A stretch of DNA of 64,000 nt from Burkholderiales bacterium PBB3 (GCA_002256115.1 NKIK01000003.1:194280-258279), one strand, 5' to 3'; positions 47,386-57,634 are shown, counted from the stretch's first letter. Made by a program: numbers and translations. Notes: a model not told the origin generated them from the letters alone.

Positions 47386-47406
47386 AACGAATGGCCAACT
47401 GCGGGG

Positions 47407-48771
47407 CTAGCGTGCGGGTGCCACCGCCAACCGCCACAGCGAGGTGACCTCTAGCGCACGCGCCGCGTGCAGCGGGTCGGCCGCATCAAAGGCCTTGCCA
47501 TGCACCGGCTTGGTATCCAGCCGCCCCAGCACCTGCAGGCCCGCGCCAGCAATCGCGTCCAACAATTCAGCGCGGCTGCGCAGGCCCAGGTGTTCGGCCA
47601 AATCCGAGAGGATCAGCCAGCCCTCGCCCTGCGGCTCCAAGTGCGCGGCCAGGCCCGCCAAAAAGCCCAGCAGCATAGCGCTGCCTTCGTCATACACCGC
47701 GTGCTCTATGGGTGAGCTGGGCCGGGCGGGTAGCCACGGCGGGTTGCACACGATCAGATGCGCCAGCCCTGGCGGGAATAGGGATGTCTGCAACAACTGC
47801 ACCGGCGAATCAGCGCGGCCCGCCACGCCCAGCCTCTGCAAATTTTCAGCCGCGCAGGCCAGGGCGCGCGGGTCCAGATCGGTGGCCACGATATGGCCCA
47901 CACCCCGGCGCGCCAGCACCGCAGATAACACGCCCGTGCCCACACCAATGTCAAACGCCGTCAGCTTGGCGGCGGCCTGCGCACCGTGGGCTCCTTGGAC
48001 TCCTTGGACTACTTGGACACTTGGCAGCGGTGCCTGCTGCACCAAGCTCACATACTCACCCCGCTGCGGAGAAAACACGCCGTAGTGCGGGTGGATGCGG
48101 TTGTGGGGCGCAGCGCCCAGGGCGGGCACTTCCACACCGTTTTTGCGCCACTCGTGCGCGCTGATCAGGCCCAGCAGCTCACGCAATGACGCTACCGAAG
48201 CCACAGCGTCCGCACCCGGCGGGCCCCAAGCCTCAGCACAGGCCTGGCGCGCATCGGGGGCGCGCTTGAGTGCGATACCGTAATCCGCCTCAAAGCCAAT
48301 CAGAAGCATGCCCAGCACGCGCGCACGCTGCGCCTGGGCTTGGCGGTGCAAATGAAAGGCAGTGGCCGGATTCGATGCCTTTTCGGCCACTGAGGCCGTG
48401 GATAGTGCGGGAGCAGCTCCTGAATTAATAGCATTGCGCTCTGGCGCGCCCGCTAGTTGCTTTGCCCTCTTGATGGCCTTGGCACCCTTGGCGGCTTTGC
48501 CGCTGGGGCCCGACGCATCGGCCCGCCGCGCGAGCGCCTGCAGCATCTGCCGCGCGTTTTGAAAATCACCCCGCCACAGCAGCGCCGTGCCTTCGCAGGC
48601 CAGGCGGTAAGCGACATCGGCGCTCAGGGTGTCATCGGCCAGCACCACGCGCTTGGGTGGGCTGACACCACGCTCTGAGCGCCACTGCGCGCTGCAGGGC
48701 TGGCCGGCTTCTTGCCAGTGGATGCGGGCTTCGCCCGATGTTGGTGAAGTCGTCATAAGTTCAGTAGCCAT
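47407..48771 (-). CDS. Class I SAM-dependent methyltransferase (MTS-type small domain, NPPW motif) with an N-terminal domain of unknown function. A dispersed-repeat copy lies in-frame at 48365-48435.
   Basis: SAM fold FDIGVGTGVLSAVLARRG..ATDLD and motif IV LIVCNPPWLP. The repeat encodes ..[17 protein letters not shown].. Start taken at MATEL.. to limit overlap with ccdB. Confidence 0.65.
   Translation of the reverse strand: MATELMTTSPTSGEARIHWQEAGQPCSAQWRSERGVSPPKRVVLADDTLSADVAYRLACEGTALLWRGDFQNARQMLQALARRADASGPSGKAAKGAKAIKRAKQLAGAPERNAINSGAAPALSTASVAEKASNPATAFHLHRQAQAQRARVLGMLLIGFEADYGIALKRAPDARQACAEAWGPPGADAVASVASLRELLGLISAHEWRKNGVEVPALGAAPHNRIHPHYGVFSPQRGEYVSLVQQAPLPSVQVVQGVQGAHGAQAAAKLTAFDIGVGTGVLSAVLARRGVGHIVATDLDPRALACAAENLQRLGVAGRADSPVQLLQTSLFPPGLAHLIVCNPPWLPARPSSPIEHAVYDEGSAMLLGFLAGLAAHLEPQGEGWLILSDLAEHLGLRSRAELLDAIAGAGLQVLGRLDTKPVHGKAFDAADPLHAARALEVTSLWRLAVAPAR
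48365..48435 (-). repeat. Dispersed repeat family copy 9, inside the methyltransferase ORF
   Basis: Sequence gatgccttttcggccactgagGCCGTGGATAGTGCGGGAGCAGCTCCtgaattaatagc. Confidence 0.85.
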
Positions 48772-49075
48772 GGAGGGCGTATTCCAGGGCGTCCCAAATG
48801 GCTTCGGCATCGCCTTGCAGGTTGGCTACTGGGCGGCGCAGATCGCCGGGCTCATGGGAGGTAATCGCCAAAGTCTCCAACACAAGCATTTCACCCGCAA
48901 CACTCAGCCAGGGATTCAGTGTGGTGGGAGGCGCTGTTTGCGTATCCGGGCGCGCCAACGCCACGGTGATCACCGCTACGGGGCGTTTCAGAAAATTGCT
49001 TTGAATGCCGACGACGAAGGGATGACTGTCGCGCAACTCTTCGACCGGGTTGGGGTACACATCGAACTGAGCCAT
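48761..49075 (-). CDS. ccdB: CcdB-family gyrase-poison toxin
   Basis: MAQFDVYPNP...HPFVVGIQSNFL resembles F-plasmid CcdB (MQFKVYTYKRES..LFVDVQSD); 104 aa; ATGA overlap with the upstream gene. Confidence 0.7.
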   Translation of the reverse strand: MAQFDVYPNPVEELRDSHPFVVGIQSNFLKRPVAVITVALARPDTQTAPPTTLNPWLSVAGEMLVLETLAITSHEPGDLRRPVANLQGDAEAIWDALEYALHGY

Positions 49076-49488
49076 CAGTTGGCTTCACCTGTGGAAGCTG
49101 CAGCGGGGCTTTGCTTCTTCAGCGCCTTGGCCTTACGCCATTCGTGAATACGTATCCCCATCGATCCAATCTTTGCCATTCGCCGGTTCATGGCCTCAAT
49201 GGCCTCTTTGTTCTCATCCTCCCATTGCGTACGGGCCGCTTCCACTTCAGCAGGGCTACGGGCTGCTGCCGCTGCGCGACGGGCTATGCGCTCTGGCGTA
49301 AGCCAGCCGTTGCCCGCAGCATTCACTTTGTAGGTGGCGCTCTCCTCCTGGACGCTGGGGGTGACGGGCACGACTTTGACCGGTTGCATGACGATGCTGC
49401 CATCGGCCTGCACGGTCAGATCAAACAGCTGACCCGCGTACTTTTTACCCAGCGATATCTGGCCGCTGGCGCCCACTTCTTTCAGCAT
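49075..49488 (-). CDS. ccdA: Antitoxin: an N-terminal AbrB/MazE-like swapped-hairpin domain fused to a C-terminal CcdA-like region
   Basis: ISLGKKYAGQLFDLTVQADGSIVMQP is SpoVT/AbrB-like. The C-terminal WEDENKEAIEAMNRRMAKIGSMG is CcdA-like. Start is uncertain (49488, 49515 or 49530). Confidence 0.6.
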   Translation of the reverse strand: MLKEVGASGQISLGKKYAGQLFDLTVQADGSIVMQPVKVVPVTPSVQEESATYKVNAAGNGWLTPERIARRAAAAARSPAEVEAARTQWEDENKEAIEAMNRRMAKIGSMGIRIHEWRKAKALKKQSPAAASTGEAN

Positions 49489-49629
49489 GGTGATGCTCCT
49501 GCAAAAACAATTCATGCCATCATGCCGCATGAATGCAGCCTGTCAAGCTGCCATGGCGCGGCGCACATGCACTAAAGTTCGCCCACCCCATCACTAACCC
49601 TCACCACCCCTCATTCACCCTCGCCCACC

Positions 49630-50475
49630 ATGATCGACCTCACCTGCTTCACCCTCACCGAATCCGCCCACATTGCCCACCTGGTGCTGAACAAGCCCGA
49701 GGCCATGAACACCATGCACCCTACCTTCTGGCGCGAGCTGGATGCGGCGCTGACCCATATCCACGCCCAAGGCACGGCGCGTGCGCTGGTGATCAGCAGC
49801 ACAGGCAAGCACTTCAGCGCCGGCATGGCGCTGGAGACCTTTGCTGGCGCGATTCAGATGGACGACCAAAGCCCCGAAGGCCGCGCCGCCATCTTTGATG
49901 TGCTGACCGACATGCAGGCCACCTTCACCAAGATTGAAAACCTGCGCATCCCGGTGATCGCCGCCATCCAGGGCGGCTGCATTGGCGGCGCGGTGGATAT
50001 GGTGACGGCCTGCTGCATCCGCTACGCGTCTGCCGATGCCTTCTTTTGTATTCAAGAAATCAACATCGGCATGGTGGCCGATGTGGGCACGCTGCAGCGC
50101 CTGCCCAAGCTGATCCCACTGGCCATCGCCAAAGAGCTGGCCTACACCGGTCGGCGCATGCCCGCCACGCAGGCTCTGCAATACGGCCTGGTCAACGCCG
50201 TGCTGGAAACGCCCGAGGCCGCCACCGCAGCCGCGCTGCAGTGCGCCGCCGAGATCGCCAGCAAGCCGCCCATCGCCCAATGGGGCACCAAGCAAGCCCT
50301 GCACTATGCGCGTGACCATTCGGTGGAAGATTCACTCAAACAAATGGGCTGGCTGCAAGGCGCTATCTGGAGCAACCGCCATGTGATGGAAGCCGTGACC
50401 GCCATGAAGACCAAGCGCCCGGGCGACTTCCCAGCGCTCAAAACCCTGCACCGGTTTAACGATCTCGGGCAATGA
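49630..50475 (+). CDS. Enoyl-CoA hydratase/isomerase (crotonase) family protein
   Basis: HLVLNKPEAMNTM plus the crotonase fold; 281 aa. Confidence 0.8.
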   Translation: MIDLTCFTLTESAHIAHLVLNKPEAMNTMHPTFWRELDAALTHIHAQGTARALVISSTGKHFSAGMALETFAGAIQMDDQSPEGRAAIFDVLTDMQATFTKIENLRIPVIAAIQGGCIGGAVDMVTACCIRYASADAFFCIQEINIGMVADVGTLQRLPKLIPLAIAKELAYTGRRMPATQALQYGLVNAVLETPEAATAAALQCAAEIASKPPIAQWGTKQALHYARDHSVEDSLKQMGWLQGAIWSNRHVMEAVTAMKTKRPGDFPALKTLHRFNDLGQ

Positions 50476-50732
50476 AGCAAGGGCGCGCGGGACGCCACAA
50501 GTCGGGCACCAATCCGCAACGCCTGAAGCTAGAGCTGACCGAAAGCAAGCTGGTGGACGATGGGGAGGACATCATTTCCAGAATGAATGCCATCAAGCGC
50601 TGGGCACTTGACCAGCTCTAAATTGACCAGGCTTTTGGACGCGATAAGCGCAATGACGCGAGTGATGCGATGACTGCCGAAGGCGCGGAGACGGCCGACC
50701 CTGCAGTGGTATCCGCCTGAAGGGTTTCGGCG

Positions 50733-51653
50733 CTACTGGCGCGCGGTGCGGGTATTGCGCGGCAAGGCCTGCGGGTGGCTGGTGCGAAAGGGGTTGATGT
50801 CCAAACCACCGCGGCGTGTGTAGCGCGCGTACACCGCCAGCTTCATGGGTTTGCAGCGGGTCCAGATGTCCATGAAGATGCGCTCCACACACTGCTCATG
50901 AAACTCGTTGTGGTTGCGAAAACTCACGAGGTACTGCAACAAGCCAGCTTGGTTAATCTGATCACCGGTGTAGCTGATCTGCACACTGCCCCAGTCCGGC
51001 TGGCCGGTGACCAGGCAATTGCTTTTGAGCAAATTGCTGACAAACACTTCGGACACCGGCGCTTCATCCGGCGTCGCGCTCAAGAGCTGCGGCGCAGGCG
51101 TGTAGTGCTCAAAGTCCATGTCCAGCCGGTCCAGACTCAGGCCATCCAGCTCATGCACGGGCTCTTTGTCAAACGCGTCCATGCCGAACACTGTGACGCC
51201 AATAGAGGCGTGGGTGGACACTATCCGTTCTCCCTGAGCCTGTCGAAGGGCTCCGACGGGCTCAGCCCGAACGGCCGTCGAATCTTCAGTCGCCGTGTCC
51301 CGCCACACCGCTTCTGAAATATCGGCGCGCAGCCGTTCCTTCACTGCCTGCGCATCGGCAAAGCGGGTGTTGTTAAAGCTGTTGAGATAGAGCTTGAAGG
51401 ACTTGCTCTCTACGATGTTCAGCGTCTCACACGGAATGGTGAAGTGGGCCAGCGCCACCTGGGGCTTGCCGCGCAGGTTCAGCCAGCTCAGCTCAAACGC
51501 GGTCCACATATCGGCACCCAAAAACGGGGTGGTGCCAGCAATGCCAATCTCTTCCCGTTTGCCCGCGCGGGGAATGGGAAACAGCAGCGTGGGGTCGTAC
51601 TGGTCGATATAGGCGCTGGACTTGCCCAGTTGCGATTGCTCGGGCGTGTTCAT
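50733..51653 (-). CDS. queF: NADPH-dependent 7-cyano-7-deazaguanine (preQ0) reductase, two-domain YqcD type
   Basis: QueF motif [12 protein letters not shown] and Cys context; alignable to E. coli QueF along its full length. Confidence 0.9.
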   Translation of the reverse strand: MNTPEQSQLGKSSAYIDQYDPTLLFPIPRAGKREEIGIAGTTPFLGADMWTAFELSWLNLRGKPQVALAHFTIPCETLNIVESKSFKLYLNSFNNTRFADAQAVKERLRADISEAVWRDTATEDSTAVRAEPVGALRQAQGERIVSTHASIGVTVFGMDAFDKEPVHELDGLSLDRLDMDFEHYTPAPQLLSATPDEAPVSEVFVSNLLKSNCLVTGQPDWGSVQISYTGDQINQAGLLQYLVSFRNHNEFHEQCVERIFMDIWTRCKPMKLAVYARYTRRGGLDINPFRTSHPQALPRNTRTARQ

Positions 51654-52549
51654 GGCCGCGTGCCTAACAAGTGCGAGGTCAGGGCCTCCACAATTTGGCG
51701 CACCGGCTCGGGCGGCAGATCGTGGCCCATGCCGTCAATGGTGAGCAGGCGTGCGCCGGGAATGCGGCGTGCCGTGTCTTCGCCATTGCCCAGCGGCACC
51801 AGGGGGTCCGCCTTGCCATGGATCACCAAGGTGCGGCTGGTGATGGACGCCAAGGCCTCCGCCCGCCCGGTGTCGGCCACGATGGCCAGCATCTGGCGCA
51901 GCGTGCCCACCGGGTGAAAACTGCGCTTAACGCCGATGGCAATGCGCTCGCGCATTTCGGTCTCGGGCACCGGGTAGGCCGGGCTGCCAATGATTTTGAA
52001 CAAGGCGACAAAATGGTCCATGGCTGCCGCCGGGTTGCGGGCGGGGCGCTTGAGCATGGCGCGCAGCACTTCTGGCCGGGCCTGGGGCAGGCCGCGTGCA
52101 CCGCTGCTGCTCATGATGCTGGTCAGACTCAGCACCCGCTTGGGCGCGGCGATGGCCACGCGCTGGGCAATCATGCCGCCCATGCTGACGCCCACCACAT
52201 GGGCGTATTTGATTTTTAGGGTGTCGAGCACGCCAATGGCGTCCTGCGCCATATCAGTCAGGGTGTAAGGGGGCTTGGTGCCCAGGCCCAGCTTGAATTT
52301 CAAGGTAGCCCACAGCAGGCTGGGTTTGCCCAGGTGGTCAAAGTGCTGGCTCAGGCCAATGTCGCGGTTGTCCATGCGGATCACGCGAAAGCCCGCGTCC
52401 ACCAGCGCCTGCACCATCTGCGGCGGCCAGGCCACCAGTTGCATGCCCAGCCCCATGATCAGCAAGACCACCGGTTGGCTGGCCGATGCGGGCTTGCCGT
52501 TGGCACTGTCTTCAATCTCGATATCGATACCATTTGCTCTGATTTTCAT
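51650..52549 (-). CDS. Alpha/beta-hydrolase fold protein
   Basis: Nucleophile elbow GVSMGG, HGxxD context, 299 aa. Confidence 0.75.
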   Translation of the reverse strand: MKIRANGIDIEIEDSANGKPASASQPVVLLIMGLGMQLVAWPPQMVQALVDAGFRVIRMDNRDIGLSQHFDHLGKPSLLWATLKFKLGLGTKPPYTLTDMAQDAIGVLDTLKIKYAHVVGVSMGGMIAQRVAIAAPKRVLSLTSIMSSSGARGLPQARPEVLRAMLKRPARNPAAAMDHFVALFKIIGSPAYPVPETEMRERIAIGVKRSFHPVGTLRQMLAIVADTGRAEALASITSRTLVIHGKADPLVPLGNGEDTARRIPGARLLTIDGMGHDLPPEPVRQIVEALTSHLLGTRP

Positions 52550-52575
52550 AGCTGCTCCCGCATATTTACAGGGCC
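52545..52575 (+). repeat. Dispersed repeat family copy 10, degenerate (tagcTGCTCCCGCAtatttacaGGgcc)
   Basis: Partial core match. Confidence 0.5.
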
Positions 52576-52623
52576 TTACAGCCCGATTGGGTTAAAAATT
52601 GAGTACTGCTGAACCCAAGGGGT

Positions 52624-53394
52624 TCACGCCTTGCGCCGAAAGACAAGGCGCTGGGGTGTGGACTCAGGCGCAGTCCAGCGGTAGCCCTCCAGGTCAAAGG
52701 CGCGCAACTGGTCGGGCATGGTCAAGCGGTGCGTGGTGGCATAGCGCGCCATCAGGCCCCGGGCGCGTTTGGCAAAAAAGCTGATGACTTTGTACTGCCC
52801 GGCCTTGTGCTCCTGAAACACACACTCCACCACCCCGGCTTTCAGGGCCTTGATGTTCACTGCCCGGTAGTACTCGGTAGACGCCAGGTTAATGACCACG
52901 GGGCTGATGTCTTTGCGCAGCCGGGTGTTCAGGTAGTCCGAAATCTGGCTGCCCCAATATTGGTAGAGGTCTTTGCCCTGCGCGGTGGGCAGGCGCGTGC
53001 CCATCTCCAGGCGGTAGGGCTGCATCAGGTCCAGGGGGCGCAGCACGCCATACAGGCCGCTCAAGATGCACACATGGTCCTGGGCCCAGGCCAAGTCGTC
53101 GGGGCCTAGGGTCTTGGCATCCAGGCCACCATACACATCACCATCAAAGGCCAGCGCCGCCTGGCGCGCGTTTTTGGGTGTGGCCCGGCTCGACCAAGCC
53201 TGGTAGCGCGCTACGTTCAGGCTAGACAGCGCGTCGCTCAAGTCCATCAGCTCCGAGATCTGGGGCGGTGAGTACGTGCGCAGCACATCAATGAGGGCTT
53301 TGCTTTGTTTGACGAACAACGGGGCGGTGTGGGGCTGGCCGACAAGCGGGGTGTCGTAGTCCAAAGATTTAGCGGGCGAGAGGAGAAAAAGCAT
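52624..53394 (-). CDS. yaaA: Peroxide stress protein YaaA (UPF0246/DUF328)
   Basis: The YaaA N-terminal signature MLFLLSPAKSLDYDTP. Confidence 0.85.
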   Translation of the reverse strand: MLFLLSPAKSLDYDTPLVGQPHTAPLFVKQSKALIDVLRTYSPPQISELMDLSDALSSLNVARYQAWSSRATPKNARQAALAFDGDVYGGLDAKTLGPDDLAWAQDHVCILSGLYGVLRPLDLMQPYRLEMGTRLPTAQGKDLYQYWGSQISDYLNTRLRKDISPVVINLASTEYYRAVNIKALKAGVVECVFQEHKAGQYKVISFFAKRARGLMARYATTHRLTMPDQLRAFDLEGYRWTAPESTPQRLVFRRKA

Positions 53395-53490
53395 GCGGCA
53401 TTATCCCGATTGGCAGGCACCCCAACGCGGCCCCGGCCCGTGCCCTGGAGTGTTGCCAGGCGCAGAATCGGCCACCCAGGCCCTCAAATT

Positions 53491-53555
53491 TAAGCCAAAT
53501 CAGCCGTTCAGGCCGTGGATAGTGCGGGAGCAGCTCCTATTTTTATAGCAATCGA
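53491..53555 (-). repeat. Dispersed repeat family copy 11
   Basis: Sequence agccaaatcagccgttcagGCCGTGGATAGTGCGGGAGCAGCTCCtatttttatagc. Confidence 0.85.
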
Positions 53556-53606
53556 TGCTACACATCGGCACCGGTAAAATCATCGGTCGCTCACAAGAGA
53601 ACCCCC

Positions 53607-56600
53607 ATGTCTGATAACGCCACCCCCCCATTGCCCACAACGCCCGCTGCTGCCCTGGAGCAGCCCGGCCTGCAGTCCCTGTCCAAATCCTTCGAGCCCG
53701 TCGCGCTGGAAGCACACTGGGGCCCCGAGTGGGAAAAGCGTGGCTATGGCGTGGCGGGCTACCGTGGCACCAGCGCCCCTGATGCGGCCGCTGCAGCCCA
53801 GAGCAAAAACTTCTGCATCCAGTTGCCGCCGCCCAATGTGACCGGCACGCTGCACATGGGCCATGCGTTCAACCAAACCATCATGGACAGCTTGACGCGC
53901 TACCACCGCATGGCCGGTTTCAACACCGCGTGGATTCCCGGCACCGACCACGCCGGCATTGCCACCCAGATCGTGGTGGAGCGCCAGCTGCAAGAGCAAA
54001 AAATCAGCCGCCACGACCTGGGTCGCGAGGCCTTCACTGCCAAGGTGTGGGAGTGGAAAGAGAAATCCGGCAACATCATCACCAACCAGATGCGCCGCAT
54101 GGGCGACACCGTAGACTGGAGCCGCGAGTACTTCACCATGGACCCCAAGCTGTCCAAAACGGTGACCGAGACCTTTGTGCAGCTGTACCAGCAAGGCCTG
54201 ATCTACCGCGGCAAGCGCCTGGTGAACTGGGACCCGATTCTGATGAGCGCCGTGAGCGATCTGGAAGTGGAGAGCGAAGAGGAAGACGGCTCGCTCTGGC
54301 ACATCCGCTACGACTTTGTGGATGGCCCGCAAACAGTGAACGGTGAAACCGTGCAGGGCTTGGTGGTGGCAACTACTCGCCCCGAGACCATGCTTGGCGA
54401 CGTGGCCGTCATGGTGCACCCAGAGGACGAGCGCTACATGCATTTAATTGGCAAGCAAGTGAAGCTGCCCTTGTGCAACCGCAACATACCAATCATTGCT
54501 GACGACTACGTGGACAAGGCCTTTGGTACGGGCGTGGTCAAAGTTACACCGGCACACGACCAAAACGACTATGCCGTGGGCAAGCGCCACAACTTGGAGC
54601 CCATTTGTGTCTTAACCCTAGACGCAAAGATCATCAGCAATGACATTGTTGCTGCGGGCCAAGGCTGGGAAAAATATACGGCTCCACTTGAGGGTGGCGG
54701 CAAGATCAGCCGAGTGAGTCCTGGCATCTCCTCTTTGGCGGTTGACGTGGGTATTCCGGAAAACCTGCAGGGGCTTGATCGTTTTGTTGCGCGCAAGCAA
54801 GTTGTAAAGGACTTGGAAACCTTGGGTCTTCTAGTCGAAGTGAAGAAACATAAACTGATGGTGCCGCGCTGCGCGCGCACCGGCCAGGTGATCGAACCCA
54901 TGCTGACTGACCAATGGTTTGTCGCCATGAACCAAGTGGGTGCAGGCGACGCTACCGGCAAATCCATCGCGCAAAAAGCCATCGACGCGGTGCAGAGCGG
55001 CGAAGTGAAGTTCGTGCCCGAGAACTGGGTCAACACCTACAACCAGTGGATGAACAACATTCAGGACTGGTGCATCAGCCGCCAGCTCTGGTGGGGCCAC
55101 CAGATTCCGGCTTGGTACGACGAAGACGGCAAGGTTTACGTCGCACGCAACGAAGCGGAAGCCCAGGCGCAAGCCCTTGGCAAGACACTCAAGCGCGACC
55201 CGGATGTGCTGGACACCTGGTACTCCTCCGCATTAGTTCCTTTCAGCACCATGGGTTGGGGCAATAGCGACAACGTAGCTGGCGAGTGTGCCGGTGTCGG
55301 CCGCAGCGACTTGGCAAGCGCAGCGCCTCTGAGCAAGGCCGATTCCGGCACCCTCGCCAGCGGGGCCAAGGCCGAAAGCCTCGATGACTTCGACCTGTAC
55401 CTGCCCTCTAGCGTCCTGGTCACCGGCTACGACATCATCTTCTTCTGGGTCGCCCGAATGATCATGATGACCACGCACTTCACCGGCCAGGTGCCGTTCA
55501 AGCACGTCTACATCCACGGCCTGGTGAAAGACGCGCAGGGCAAAAAGATGAGCAAGTCCGAGGGCAATGTGCTGGACCCGGTGGACCTGATTGACGGCAT
55601 CGAGCTCGGCCCCCTGCTGGCCAAACGATCCGAAGGCCTGCGCAAGCCCGAGACCGCACCCCAGGTGCGCAAAAACACCGAAAAAGAATTCCCCGAAGGC
55701 ATCCCCGCCTACGGTGCCGACGCTTTGCGTTTCACCTTTGCAGCGCTCGCATCGCTGGGCCGTGGCATCAACTTCGACAGCAAGCGCTGCGAGGGCTACC
55801 GCAATTTCTGCAACAAGCTGTGGAACGCCACCCGCTTTGTGCTGATGAACTGCGAAGGCAATGACTGTGGGCTGAACGAGCACACCAAAGAGCAGTGCGA
55901 ACCCGGTGGCGAAGCCCATGGCTACCTGGAGTTCAGCCAGGCCGACCGCTGGATCGTCTCGCTGCTGCAGAAGACCGAGGCTGAAGTGGCCCAGGGCTTC
56001 ACCGACTACCGCCTGGACAACGTGGCCAACACGATTTACGACTTCGTGTGGAACGAGTTCTGCGACTGGTACCTGGAAATTGCCAAGGTGCAAATCAACA
56101 CCGGCAGCGATGCACAAAAGCGCGCCACCCGCCGCACGCTGATCCGCACGCTCGAGACCATCCTGCGCCTGATCCACCCCATCACGCCCTTCATCTCCGA
56201 AGAGCTGTGGCAAAAGGTGGCGCCCGTTGCGGGGCGTCAGGGTCCGTCTGTAGCTATCGCTGCTTACCCCGTGGCCCAGCCCGAGCGCATTGACGAAGCC
56301 GCCATCGCGCATGTGGTCAAGCTCAAAGCCCTGGTGGATGCCTGCCGCACCCTGCGCGGCGAAATGAGCGTGTCGCCTGCCACCCGTCTGCCCTTGTATG
56401 TGGTGGCGCAGACCGCAGCAGAGAGCGAATTCCTGCAGTCGTCCGCAGCGGTACTGCAAGCGCTGGCTAAGCTCAGCGAAGTGAAGGTATTTGCTGATGA
56501 AGCCAGTTGGCAGGCAGCGGCGCAATCTGCACCTGTGGCGGTGGTGGGCGAAGCCCGCGTCTGCCTGTTTGTAGAAGTGGACATAGCGGCTGAAAAAATC

Positions 56601-56783
56601 CGCCTGGGCAAGGAAGTAGCGCGCCTGGAAGAGCAAATCGGCAAGGCCCAGATCAAGCTGAGCAACGAAGCCTTTGTGGCCAAAGCCCCAGCCGCCGTGC
56701 TGGAGCAGGAACGCAAGCGTGTGGCCGACTTTGTAGCCACGCTCAGCAAGGTGCGAGAGCAATTGGCCCGCTTGGGCACATAA
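53607..56783 (+). CDS. valS: Valine--tRNA ligase
   Basis: HIGH-type LHMGHAF, KMSKS, editing and anticodon-binding regions, and a C-terminal coiled coil; 1058 aa. Confidence 0.95.
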   Translation: MSDNATPPLPTTPAAALEQPGLQSLSKSFEPVALEAHWGPEWEKRGYGVAGYRGTSAPDAAAAAQSKNFCIQLPPPNVTGTLHMGHAFNQTIMDSLTRYHRMAGFNTAWIPGTDHAGIATQIVVERQLQEQKISRHDLGREAFTAKVWEWKEKSGNIITNQMRRMGDTVDWSREYFTMDPKLSKTVTETFVQLYQQGLIYRGKRLVNWDPILMSAVSDLEVESEEEDGSLWHIRYDFVDGPQTVNGETVQGLVVATTRPETMLGDVAVMVHPEDERYMHLIGKQVKLPLCNRNIPIIADDYVDKAFGTGVVKVTPAHDQNDYAVGKRHNLEPICVLTLDAKIISNDIVAAGQGWEKYTAPLEGGGKISRVSPGISSLAVDVGIPENLQGLDRFVARKQVVKDLETLGLLVEVKKHKLMVPRCARTGQVIEPMLTDQWFVAMNQVGAGDATGKSIAQKAIDAVQSGEVKFVPENWVNTYNQWMNNIQDWCISRQLWWGHQIPAWYDEDGKVYVARNEAEAQAQALGKTLKRDPDVLDTWYSSALVPFSTMGWGNSDNVAGECAGVGRSDLASAAPLSKADSGTLASGAKAESLDDFDLYLPSSVLVTGYDIIFFWVARMIMMTTHFTGQVPFKHVYIHGLVKDAQGKKMSKSEGNVLDPVDLIDGIELGPLLAKRSEGLRKPETAPQVRKNTEKEFPEGIPAYGADALRFTFAALASLGRGINFDSKRCEGYRNFCNKLWNATRFVLMNCEGNDCGLNEHTKEQCEPGGEAHGYLEFSQADRWIVSLLQKTEAEVAQGFTDYRLDNVANTIYDFVWNEFCDWYLEIAKVQINTGSDAQKRATRRTLIRTLETILRLIHPITPFISEELWQKVAPVAGRQGPSVAIAAYPVAQPERIDEAAIAHVVKLKALVDACRTLRGEMSVSPATRLPLYVVAQTAAESEFLQSSAAVLQALAKLSEVKVFADEASWQAAAQSAPVAVVGEARVCLFVEVDIAAEKIRLGKEVARLEEQIGKAQIKLSNEAFVAKAPAAVLEQERKRVADFVATLSKVREQLARLGT

Positions 56784-56789
56784 AAAAAG

Positions 56790-56815
56790 GGCGACCTAAG
56801 GGTCGCCCTTTTTCT
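56790..56815. terminator. Rho-independent terminator shared by convergent valS and tusA-like genes
   Basis: Hairpin aaaaaagggcgacctaagggtcgccctttttc with A and T tracts on both sides. Confidence 0.8.
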
Positions 56816-56831
56816 TGGGGTGGCGTGGCGA

Positions 56832-57059
56832 CTAGCGACGGCGCATTACATGGATGTACTCTTCGCCCAGCGTTTCCTGATGGATCAGCTCGTTCCCGGT
56901 TTGTTTGGCAAAAGCCTGAAAGTCCCGCGTCGAGCCTGAATCGGTGGCCACGACCTTCAGCGTTTCACCACTGGCCATATCGGCCAAAGCCTTCTTGGCT
57001 TTCAAAATGGGCAGGGGGCAATTCAAACCACGGGTGTCGAGTTCTCGGTCAATGTGCAT
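56832..57059 (-). CDS. TusA-like sulfurtransferase (SirA/YedF family), 75 aa
   Basis: CPLP motif (LNCPLPILKAKKAL). Confidence 0.8.
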   Translation of the reverse strand: MHIDRELDTRGLNCPLPILKAKKALADMASGETLKVVATDSGSTRDFQAFAKQTGNELIHQETLGEEYIHVMRRR

Positions 57060-57103
57060 GTCAGGTCCTTTGTTTTGAATTGTAGGTGTGCGCTCGTGCA
57101 GGC

Positions 57104-57634
57104 TCAATCCCGCTTGGGAAACTCCACAAAGCTGGGGGTATGCCCGCGCGATTTCAACCAATCGGCCAGCGCATAGCCAGTGCCTGCCGGCCAGCATTTC
57201 ACGGTTTCTGGCGTGTAGAGCCGGTAATCGACCAACTCCGCCGACAAACGCACATCCCCATGGCAAACCGCGTGGTAGGCAATGATGATTTGGTTCATAC
57301 GCTGAAAGTCGTAGACGCCAATCAAATTCAGGTCCGTGGTGACCAGGCTGGTTTCCTCGGCAATCTCACGCGTAATGCCTTCTTGGGGCGTTTCACCCGC
57401 CTCCATAAACCCGGTGATCAGCGCATACATCTTGCCGGGCCATGCGGCGTTGCGGGCTAGCAAAATGTGGCCGTTGTACTCAATGACGGCGGCCAACACC
57501 GGCGTGGGATTGTTCCAGTGCGTGAAGTCGCAGGCCGGGCAGCGCAGGCGGGCCTTTTCGCCCCCATCTTCCACCTGGGTGATGAGGGCCAAGGGTGTGG
57601 CGCACTGTGGGCAAAATTTAAAGGCAGATGTCAT
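57104..57634 (-). CDS. NUDIX hydrolase with an N-terminal zinc ribbon
   Basis: CPQC...CPAC plus the Nudix box GFMEAGETPQEGITREIAEETSL. Confidence 0.8.
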   Translation of the reverse strand: MTSAFKFCPQCATPLALITQVEDGGEKARLRCPACDFTHWNNPTPVLAAVIEYNGHILLARNAAWPGKMYALITGFMEAGETPQEGITREIAEETSLVTTDLNLIGVYDFQRMNQIIIAYHAVCHGDVRLSAELVDYRLYTPETVKCWPAGTGYALADWLKSRGHTPSFVEFPKRD

